Source: Vicugna vicugna
Lineage: Eukaryota
NCBI GenBank assembly: GCA_013265495.1
Contig: MU058584.1
Location: 5,732,407-5,796,406 of the forward strand
DNA length: 64,000 nucleotides
Direction of reading: 5' to 3'
Made by a program: the position numbers and the translations under genes
The notes under the pieces: generated by a model
Told to the model about the DNA's origin: nothing
What the model saw: only the letters and a program-made list of their open reading frames with translations
The model's database searches: none
Shown here: positions 54,447 to 64,000 of the stretch, one piece after another
Numbering within the stretch: position 1 is the stretch's first letter
Layout: each line of letters begins with the position of its first letter

Positions 54447-55412
54447 TCCTTAACACACAAGGGCAATATTTGGTTAGAAATGATTGTTTGATTTTCATAG
54501 TGCTCTATCATTAGTTAGAGGTCGTGGCTGTGTAACATAGCAGCAGCGTACAGTGGACTGGCATCCTGAAACGCTCACCCACAAAGAGCTTTAGAGGTGA
54601 TTTAAAGGGGAGCTGGTGCTCAGTTAGGAAAGGTAGTGATGCGGCTCATGTCAGTTGCCCTGAACAGGAGTGGGAATGGCTACTTCCTGGATTCCTTCTT
54701 CAGAGCCAGACCTAAGGACCTTGCCAGAAAACAATGACAAATGATTGGAAATAGGGACCTGGAGTGAAATACTTTCTCTCCCTCCAAAAGCTCCTTCTCC
54801 CAACCAAGTGATAGAAAGAATCCGGGTCCAAATCCTGCCTCTGTTACTTACTTGCAATGTATCATCTCTGGACAATAAGCTTTCTGAACCTCAGTTGCTT
54901 CATCTATGAAATGGGAAAAATAATAATCCTTGCCTTGCAGAGATCCTCAGTTACATAAAATAAGTTAACTGAATCACATGTAAAAATTAAATTTAAAAAT
55001 ATTTTTAAAATCCTGACACAAAGTAGGGACACAATGTAATTGGCCACTTGCAATGCAGATGTTCTTCCTGCAGTGGTACAGTGACCAGCCCCAAGTTGTT
55101 CACTTATGAAAGAGGTAAATGAGACCTCATGGTTCTTTGTCACAGTTTGTACATGTAGAGTTTGTGGTGCTAGAGGATTTGATTTGGTTGGAGATCATGC
55201 TCTGTGACTTTTGGCAAGTCACTTAACCTCTCTGAATCTCGATAGCATTATCTTTAAAATACGGAGAATAGCATTACAGAGCTCCTAGGATTTTTACAAG
55301 GCTCAAAAGTGAAAACACTCTGTAAGCAAATGTTAATAGCTGTCAAGATATCCCTCTGCCAGTTAATGAAATAAAACTAGGTTAAACATGTTGACATTAA
55401 AAAATGAAGACT

Positions 55413-55510
55413 GGGGTGAGGGGTATAGCTCAGTGGTAGAGTGCATACTTAGCATGCACAAGGTCCCAGGTTCAATCCCCAGTACCTCCATTTAAAAAAT
55501 AATAATAATA
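55413..55510 (+). mobile_element. tRNA-derived SINE (Vic-1-like), short form with perfect 14-bp TSD
   Basis: gggtatagctcagtggtagagtgcatacttagcatgcacaaggtcccaggttcaatccccagtacctcca plus A-tail; AAAAAATGAAGACT at 55399-55412 and 55511-55524. Confidence 0.92.
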
Positions 55511-55797
55511 AAAAAATGAAGACTAAGAGAACACGTGGATGGTTTAGGGTGTTTCTTCTTCACTGTTTAGCCTGACTGAGTAGTATGTGGCTTTAGATCA
55601 GAGATGGTGGTGGTATGGATAAACTGAGGGCTGTTTTTTGGCCACAGATTTGAACTGCTTGAGGTTTCAAGAGCATGTTGTATACCTTTCTATTCCCTTC
55701 ATCCCTTCCCCTCTCCAGCTTCATTCTCCCTAATCTCATCAGTTTGTCCAAAGACCTAGTTATTTTCTACCACTTGGGTCTTTCTGTATTCAGTGCA

Positions 55798-55801
<4 letters not shown>

Positions 55802-55833
<32 letters not shown>
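55802..55833. repeat. (TG)n microsatellite
   Basis: Uninterrupted TG run of about 16 units. Confidence 0.92.
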
Positions 55834-55834
<1 letters not shown>

Positions 55835-57729
55835 TGGGCACAGGAAAGGACACAAGCCGAGGAGCCTATAAACTGTAAGGACAAATCAGGAGGGTGTTGG
55901 AGCCCTGGAGCCCATTTGCAGCTCTTCTGTGGCCTTGCCTTCTGATGGCTGGGCTGGGGATACAGGGGCAAGTGGGACACTGAAAAGGAAAAATGTCTGA
56001 TCGCTCTCTCTCAGAAGTGTTACAACAGCTAGTGGATTGCAAGTCTCGTGGTACCTTCCTGCCCAGACCACATTTGGGTATTTCACTTGATGCTCACCCA
56101 ACAGCAGGAGGAGAAAGTTCAGTCACAGTAAACAAAGAACCAAAAGCGGAAGGGAACTGGAAGGTCACAGGAAGCCGTGGTGAGTGATAGCCTCCCTGTT
56201 GTGACACACCCAGCAGGCAGGGCAGTATGGGGCAATGAACTGCAATCTGTGACCTGCACAGCCCAAGGTTACCCAGAAGGGGTCCCATCACTGTAACACC
56301 CTCCCCAGGGCTCCCAAGTTCTTCCCCAGAGCTGTGCAGACTTTGCAATATATCTGGGCTTCAGTGTAGCCAGGGTGAGAGCTGAGGGGCCAAGGTCAAA
56401 AGCCTCACCCGGGTCTCTGCAGACCCAGCTCAGAAGGTGTGCCCAGCCCCAGCCCCAGTGGCTTGCCATGCTTTCTGCTGCCTGAGGATAGAGGACATGA
56501 AATTCTGTTGAATTTGTTCATTGGTTCATTCATTCATTCATTCATTCCCTGTTGACCTAACTTAACAGTGGTGTCCGTGTGTGTGTGCATGGGTATGTGT
56601 GACCTGAATAGCCAATGGTTTACTTTTTATTAGAAACATGGGTTTGCCTGCTTTCACTCAGACGTTGGAAGTCTGTACAAAGAGAAATGCAAAGGCAAAC
56701 AATGCAGAATTGCCTTGTATTCTACCTATTTCATTTTATTATTAAAATTGTATATATATATATATGCACATAAAAATACCATTTGCGTGAAGAGTGGATA
56801 GGGAAAATACTGGAAGAATTCATACAGAAATGTAAAAACATAACCAGTATCTTTTTAGGGTGGGGCATTTTAGGGGAGGTACTTAAGAAAATATTTTGTT
56901 TCTATTTTCTTATTTTCCTGTAGCTTTTATAAATAAAAATCTTATTTTTCAAAAAGCAGTATTTGCCATAAATATAAGTAAATAATTGGATACATTTAGT
57001 AGAAAAAAGAGTGGGGAGTATAAATAGTATGCACCTGTCCTAAGATTGGCAAACGCAGATGATTAGACCCAGTTCTATTTCATACAATAACTGCTTTATC
57101 TTATGTCAAGCACAAGGCAGATATACAGACTTATGGTGAATATGCACTTTTTTCTCTTCTGAGGACCCTGCAACCTTGCATGTATAGATTAGTTTTTCCT
57201 CTTTTCATCAGTCTTCACTTTATACTTCTCCAATCTTACACAGACCTTGGAGGATGTTTGCAACCAGGCACTTGTAAATTCTGCCCCTCCCATTCCACTG
57301 TTCAACCCATCAGTTGCCCCCTATTCCAGAATTATACGCCATGTTTCCTAGGAGGAAAGTGCCCAGTCAGCCTTGGGACAGCCATCCTGAGGCTACTTTT
57401 TCCTCTGGTCTTCTTTCCAGGTACTATTTTTAGGCAAGTGAGTACAGTTCTCCTGGTTCATGACAGGAGCTTTCAGGTCCTGGTGAAGGCAGATACAGAG
57501 TTGCAGGGGGCCACTCCCCATGACCTGTTGCAAAACTTCCTGTCACTTGTGGTGTCGGCCTAGCCCCCAAAGGCATCTGCATTTGGGATCCCTGGGTTAT
57601 GTGATGGAAGTGTTTATTAATTTTCCAGTCCATTTCAAGTTTCTGTCCCCTAGACAGTTACCACCTCTAAAATATGGCTTTTTACAATAAGCCTACAACG
57701 CATTTTTGAGATGCTGGAAAGAATCTTAC

Positions 57730-57915
57730 CTTGGCATTCCGGAGAAGGATCACTCCAGTCCCCAGTATCCAAGCATTGCAGCACACTTGCTCCCACCAGC
57801 AAGAAGCCATTGTCACAGGTGAAGCTGCAGGTTGACTGGTACCTAAAGGCACCAAAGGGATGGGAGCAGTTCACCCGGGCCTTGTCTGGGGCTGGAAGAT
57901 CCTGGCACTGCAATG
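57730..57915 (-). CDS. SELP: P-selectin sushi exon (human CR5 equivalent)
   Basis: 186 bp; ALQCQDLPAPDKARVNCSHPFGAFRYQSTCSFTCDNGFLLVGASVLQCLDTGDWSDPSPECQ. Confidence 0.96.
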
Positions 57916-58939
57916 CTAGGAAGAGAGGAATTGAGAAAGTAAGGGAATGAGGAAACAGTGATATACAAGTACTCATTAATTTCAACCCCTTGACCCTTTC
58001 TAGTAGTGCCAACAAGAGGGATTTGTGAGTTGGGCCGGTTTAACCTGGAGGATGAGAAAAGTGTCATTTAATCACAATGCCAAATGAAGGACTTTATGAG
58101 GAAAATGCTGAGCCGTTGTTAAGAATTTTGGCAAAATGTATCCGTAATTTAAAAAATGTCATACTTTTGGACCCAAGAATCTATGCTTAGTATGTAAATG
58201 AAAAGCATATCAAAAATCAGTTCAGAGTTTTCTATCATGATATTATTTGTGAGAGCAAAATATTAAAAACAAACGTAAGTGCCACGAATTAAGAGGCAGA
58301 AAATTAATTATGCTGGGTCCATGAAAGAAATATTAAGGTCACTAAAAATTATATATTTCACCTTGACAAGATATGGGAGGTGTCTCAATGTGTGATATTA
58401 AGTGAAAAAGCAGAATAAAAATTATATCTATACCATGATCTCAATCCGTAAAATAGGTGACCATAAACAGAACACGTGCATTCCATACATGTTAAGTCTT
58501 TTCTCATCTTTGAAATGGGAGCAATAATTTTAATTCCCACATGGAGTTAGACTAAAATGCTTAATAAATATTATCTGCCATTATTATTATTATTAATAGT
58601 AGCAGCAGCAGCAATAGTCATGAAATCACTACTGCTATTCATCAGGTGCAGATCTTGATTGTCAGAGTGGAAAACGCTAGGAAGGCCTCTCAAGGGGGTA
58701 ATTGCAACCACATGTCTGGATACTTAAGAGAAGAGCCAATTCTTCTTCTAGATGATTAGATGTCACCTGCCTGGAGTCAAGAATGGCTCTAGTGAACCCC
58801 CAAGATTGCCCCTTTTTAAGCGTGTCCCAGGGCTCTCTGTGTCTTTGCCTCTCGGACAGTACACCGCAATACATCCCATTACCCCCACTAAGCCCCACCA
58901 ACATGGTGCACAATGATCTATTCCCCTTACTGCCCCCCC

Positions 58940-59480
58940 CTTTTTTCAATATTTTATTGTGGTAAAATACACATAGCATAAAACTGATCATTTACTACTT
59001 AACCATTTCTAAGTGTACATTTCAGTGGCATTAAGTACATTCACATTTTTGGGCAACCATCACCACCATCCATCTCCAGAACGTTTTTCATCATCTCAGG
59101 CTGAAACTCCATATTCATTAAACAGTAACTGTCTCTGCCCCTTCCCTCCAGCCCCCCTTGCAACCACCATTCTACTTTTGGTCTCTGTGATTTTGATTAC
59201 TTTAAGACATATATGTGGAGCCATTCAGTACTTGTCTTTTTGTGCCTGCCTTATTACATTCAGCATAATGTCCTTGAGGTTTCGCCCGTATTATAGCATG
59301 TGTCAGAATGTCCTTCCTTTTTATGGTTGAATAATATTCCATTGTATGTAGATACACTTTTCTTATCCATTCCTCTGTGTTGGACACTTGGGTTACTTCC
59401 ACATTTTAACTATTTTGAATAATGCTGCTGTGAACATGGATATATAAATCTCCTTTTGAGACCCTGCTTTCAAACTCATT
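58940..59480 (-). mobile_element. Old LINE-1 (L1MB-like) 3' end
   Basis: ttttattgtggtaaaatacacatagcataaaa...aagtgtacatttcagtggcattaagtacattcaca...ggacacttgggttacttccac. Confidence 0.85.
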
Positions 59481-60216
59481 TTTAAATTTAGACCCAGAGG
59501 ATTCACATAAATTGCTCAGGGAGCTCACGTGAAAGGCCAGTATTCCACTTCTGGGACATGAATTCTGTGGGGGATACTCTTTGTAAAAAAAAATAATCCT
59601 AGTGACCTCCCTATGCCTGAGTTCTTCTACAACAGCAAAATATTGAAACCATGAACTATTTAAAGAAGCTCATTTTGTAAAATCAGAGACATGATTTATA
59701 AGGTTATGTTATTATCATTATTTTAGCTGCATTTGTAAAGCTTATAACAGTTTTAAGCTTTATTTACACACATTAATCCATCACCACTAGTGAGGCAGGT
59801 AGATAAGGCAAATAATAGTATTCATTTTGCAAATGACACTGAGCCTCAGAGAGAGGAAATGACAGATTGCTGCCAGGAAATGGCAGAACTGGACTAAATG
59901 CCTTGTCCATTACTCTTCCACAATTCAGTGCTGCTCCTCGTGCATCATTCCTTCTTCCCAATCCTCCCTCATTCCAACTCATCACATCCATGTCTATCCA
60001 TGCCACCGTCACCCGTGTTTCAGTGTGCTGTCCCATACATGCATCTGAGCCTGCCTTCGCTCACCACTTCATTCCGAGTGCCCAGCACAAAGGGCCTGGC
60101 ACATAGTAGGTTCTTAGAGAATATCTGAATAACAAATGAATGACAGAACTAAATGCAGATGCTGATAAATTTAATAAACTGAGAGGCACAGAAGGAACGT
60201 CAGGACATCGCAGTAC

Positions 60217-60402
60217 CTTGACAGACTGGGGCTGGCGCAGTCCACTGTCCCAAGTCAGCACATCGAACTGTGTCAGCTCCCCTCAGCCTGAAACCCTCTG
60301 CACAACGAAAGCTACAGCTGGTGTTGTACTGAAATCCTCCTGAAGATGGGGAGCAGTCCATGCTTCCATGGGCAGGACTCTCTGGTGGCTCACATGCAAT
60401 GG
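60217..60402 (-). CDS. SELP: P-selectin sushi exon (human CR4 equivalent), intact
   Basis: 186 bp, hand-translated (correct frame absent from the ORF track): AIACEPPESPAHGSMDCSPSSGGFQYNTSCSFRCAEGFRLRGADTVRCADLGQWTAPAPVCQ; TAG acceptor, GTACTG donor. Confidence 0.93.
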
Positions 60403-61905
60403 CTAAGTGGAAAAAGTGATCATTAGAAACTGGGTAATGGAAGGGCTCAATTCTTTCTCAGAAGAGCTCTTGAGAGATGCTACATCTTTCTGACCCGCAT
60501 TGTCAGTCTATTCAGAACCCCAAATCCTCCCTTTCCCAGAAGGGGATCTGCCCGGAACACCTTCTTCACCTGGACCACTGACCTGCCCTTCAAGTCTCAG
60601 TTTAGACTTCACTTTCCTTAAGAAGCCTTCCCTGCCCACCTCAGCTCAGGGTACCGGCTCTTCCAACGTGCTCCTGCAGCCCCCATTCTCGAGCTGTTCA
60701 TGCACCATCGTGATCCTGCCCCTTAGATCACACCCTCCTTGAGTTCTCCTAGTGGTATCCGGGAGCCTGGCAGTGGTTGAGATATCGAAGTTGCTCTTTA
60801 AATATTTATTGGCAATATTTGTAAATTGGATCTGGATAGAGTAGAAATGGAACAGGCTGGACTTTCAAGGAGAAAGCTGGCAGAATGCAGCTATTGTTGA
60901 CACTCTATCACCTAGCCCTATAAAACGGTCCCCAACAAACCATATCTCTGAAACACAGGATGTCATCCTAATCAGACTTCTATTGCTAAGAGAGTACAGC
61001 CCAAGGTCAGTTCCTGAGCACAATTAAGTGACCTCAACTCTGGTAAAGACTGGTTTCCTCATGCTCTTCCTTGATAAAGCATTTGATTTCCAGGCTATTC
61101 CTGGGCGGGGGGTGGGGGGAGTTTCAAAATATAAAGTCTACCCTTACACTGTGACCTTAGACCTCTGGTTTTTATAGGATCAGGGCATTTAAGAACCAAA
61201 GATTCTCTAGGGTTTCTCTCTTACTTTGTAGATGAGAAGTGGAAGGTTCAGAAATGTTAAGTGACAACCCTAAGGTCAGATATCTAGACAGTAGTAGAGC
61301 TGGGCTCATAATCCATGACTCCCAGAATTCACTAATTTAACATGGAATTTCCCACTATCCTATTCCCCCTTTCTGCTTTGCAACATGAAGGTGTGAGGCA
61401 ATTGCACAGAATTCAGTTTTGCAGGATTATGTAACTGCCTAGGATTGTATCACAGCCTCTTTTTCCTTTTCCTGCAGTGTTCCTTTGCTTCTCTGTCAAA
61501 GGCTACCTCCAAGGCCCTCAATGAGCAATCTCTCTCTTTGTCCTAATAGCCGCTGTTCTGACTCTTTCTCAGGTATAGGATGTTGTCCCATGGCTTCTAT
61601 ATGCCAGTGAGGCAGGGAGGGAAAAAAGAGGCAGAAACAAAGGAGGATCAACTCCCCAGCTCTCGCTAGATACTTTATACATGCTACTTTGTTGTATACT
61701 TTTCATATACTTCATCCTCACGAAAGCTCCCTGCGACTCGTAGCTCATTTCACAAAGGAGAAAAATCTTGCCTCCTGGAGGCTAAACAACCCGTTTCAGT
61801 GTCAGAGCCCGGAGGAGGTCATCCTGATATTAAGAGCCCTTTATCTTTCTACTGTGCCATGACTCCTTCCCAGATGGACTGAGGACTGCTAAAAAAATAT
61901 CCCAC

Positions 61906-62081
61906 CTTCACAGACTGGCAAGAGTGTGGTCCCCTGACCAGGGTGAATGCAGTGGAGTGTGTCCTAGCTCCTCAATCCACAGCCAGCTTCACACTCAAAT
62001 TTGCAGCTGGAGCCACATGCAGAGGCAGTGAGGGCATGAACACAGTCCACGGTTCCTTTGCTAAGGGCTGACACTGCACAG
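61906..62081 (-). pseudogene. SELP: Inactivated P-selectin sushi pseudo-exon (human CR3 equivalent)
   Basis: 176 bp instead of 186; begins AVQCQ then shifts frame; ancestral frame reads SKGTVDCVHALTASACGSSCKFECEAGCGLRS*DTLHCIHPGQGTTLLPVCE with TAG at 61964-61966 and the invariant Trp lost. Confidence 0.92.
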
Positions 62082-62658
62082 CTGGAGAGAACCGAGGACA
62101 GAAAGAAAGGTACTGAGGAAGGAAAAAACTATGCCCACAGCTGGAGAGCAATGGTGGAACAGCCTCTGGAAATCCAGGTGGAGCGAGAAATCTCTAAGGG
62201 TACGGGACCTGAGCAATATTCATCCAGACTTAAGAGTACCAGTCCCCAGGGTGACCTGAATCTCTTTTTTAAAAACTCCCTCAAGCTGTTTCTAATGTCC
62301 TCTATTCCCTTTACTGCTACCATCCTGGAAGGTCTTCGAGTGTCTAGATGCCACCTTTTCCCTCTTCTGTGAAATTTATGAATGAAGTCCTTCTGAAACT
62401 GCTTGAGGGCAGTGAGTTTTCGGGAAAGAAGGACTTTTAAATTTTGTTTAAAATCAGTAGTAAAATCAGCCTCTTGTTTATCTAGAGCATGCCACTCTTC
62501 CTTCCTTAGACGTACCCAGTCTAGCTGAGTGGTAGATAAAAGGAGAATCAACTTAGGGCGATTCAGGTGTTTCTCCATAAGCTGGTTAGTTTCATCTGTA
62601 CTCTCAGCAAGAACCGGGTGCAGGGGACAGTCTACACCTGCAGCTGCCTGCAACTCAC

Positions 62659-62844
62659 CTTTACACACTGGAGCTGGGGCTGTCCACATCCCTGAGGCTG
62701 TGCACTGCACCACCTCTGGCCCAGCTAATGCAAATCCCTCTTCACAGCTGAAGCTGCAGCTGGACTGGTACTGGAATGCTTCTTCAGGGTGGAGGCAGGT
62801 CATGCTTCCCTGCTCAGGAGTCTTCAGGGGTGGACACTGGACAG
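62659..62844 (-). CDS. SELP: P-selectin sushi exon (human CR2 equivalent)
   Basis: 186 bp; AVQCPPLKTPEQGSMTCLHPEEAFQYQSSCSFSCEEGFALAGPEVVQCTASGMWTAPAPVCK; TAG acceptor, GTGAGT donor. Confidence 0.96.
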
Positions 62845-63327
62845 CTAAAAACAACCACAGAGCAACAGCGTGAGACCTCGGGTTATGTCCAGCACCTTGG
62901 GAGCCTTAGGATGCTGCAACAGCAGACAAGGTGATGAACTTGGTTGGTTAACTAGTACTTCTAGTGATTGGAATGATCCAAACACCCTTATTTTTCATTT
63001 ACTTTTTGAAGAAGCAAGGTAAAATAATCAGATAGGTGATATCCAGCCCTAAATCATTATTCTACTCTGTTCCCTTTGCAATTAACAAAGGGAGAGGAAT
63101 CCCTTTGTAATCCTTTTGCCTGAGAATCAAGAATTAAATTGACTACCTCATTCCACAGATACAAGATACCATGAAAATCAAACTTAGCCTTCCTCTGGTT
63201 GATGGGTAATTGTAATAACCACAATTTCCCGTCTAATGTAGACCCTCATTATTCCCTCTTTTTTAATGGAAGACGATTATCCTTCCCTCTGCAATTCTAG
63301 TTATCAGTAAGGATTGAGTCTACAGAC

Positions 63328-63513
63328 CTACACACTGTGGGGGCTTATTCGTCCAGATTCCAGAAGCCAAACATTCCAGCTCGCGAGGTCCCTTCAATGT
63401 GTAGCCTTCAGCACAGTGGAAACTGCACTGTGAGTTGAAAGAGAAGTTTCCCAGAGGGTGACTGCAGTTCTTGAGTACATGCTGAGGGAGTTCAAGTTCT
63501 CCGCACTCTTTGA
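63328..63513 (-). CDS. SELP: P-selectin sushi exon CR1
   Basis: 186 bp, hand-translated: VKECGELELPQHVLKNCSHPLGNFSFNSQCSFHCAEGYTLKGPRELECLASGIWTNKPPQCV; CAG acceptor, GTCTGT donor. Confidence 0.95.
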
Positions 63514-63950
63514 CTGTGGGGACAAAATATTGATTTCTTTCTTAGCTGATTCAAAGGCAATGGTCAGGTTTGCGGAAAGCTGAAACTGTTTGTATGATCC
63601 TCTGAACTGTATCTCACTAGGCTTCTCACGCAACCTGTCATCTTTACCTGGTTCCGTTGTATTGGCTGCGTTTGGAGAAATAATTATTCTTCCACTGTTT
63701 GTTTTTTTTTTCAAACAAGCAAAAGTAGCCTTTTACCTTTTGAGATTTTACGAGCAAACACTCCAAGAATAAAGTCTTTTAACGCAGAGTGTGTCTCAAA
63801 CAGTTTGAATGAGGCAGACTGACAGAGGGCATGGAGAGGGGCTAGGACTAGCCTTGACTCACTGGAGAGTCTCCAACGTGACTCACTCCGCTGCATCACC
63901 TCTAGCACAGACCAAGGACCACAATAACATTGACGAAATAGTGCCCTCAC

Positions 63951-64000
63951 CGTATTCACACTCTGGTCCGTAGAATCCAGGGTAGCAGGAGCAGGTGTAG
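63951..64000 (-). CDS. SELP: P-selectin EGF-like domain exon (3' part; cut by the window edge)
   Basis: YTCSCYPGFYGPECEY then G|GTGAGG donor. Confidence 0.94.

Noticed and set aside
55413..55490. tRNA-like sequences with A and B boxes (also 26706, 46668, 50170-50246)
   Set aside because: Followed by A-rich tails and, in one case, a clear TSD: SINE heads rather than tRNA genes
60061..60402. Suspicion that CR4 is also a pseudo-exon because the ORF track shows only out-of-frame translations
   Set aside because: Hand translation gives an intact 186-nt exon with all six cysteines, the Trp and canonical splice sites

Overview
Mammalian genomic DNA, most likely from a camelid (four tRNA-derived Vic-1-like SINEs, no recognisable Alu/B1/BovB/Bov-tA, and an F5 protein resembling artiodactyl orthologues). 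Two genes lie head-to-tail on the minus strand. (1) The 3' part of P-selectin (SELP): the end of the EGF exon, eight intact complement-repeat (CR/sushi) exons (human CR1, 2, 4, 5, 6, 7, 8, 9), the transmembrane exon, two cytoplasmic exons and the 3'UTR exon ending near 40135. (2) About 2 kb further on, coagulation factor V (F5) exons 1-11 (signal peptide, A1 and part of A2; 1759 coding nt, one continuous frame), running off the left edge. All exon boundaries were read by hand from splice sites and reading phase. I see no wholly new biological system. The most notable observations are: a dead SELP CR3 exon (10-nt deletion plus stop) that keeps its splice sites; a 176-codon open read-through from CR2 into the intron before it; a moved cytoplasmic cysteine in SELP; a TSD-flanked L1 insertion with a probable 3' transduction beside F5 exon 3; a 3'-truncated U2 retrocopy; a micro-L1 nested in another L1; and a FOXA/octamer motif cluster upstream of F5. 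Comparisons with human/bovine sequences and repeat families are from memory and were not computed.
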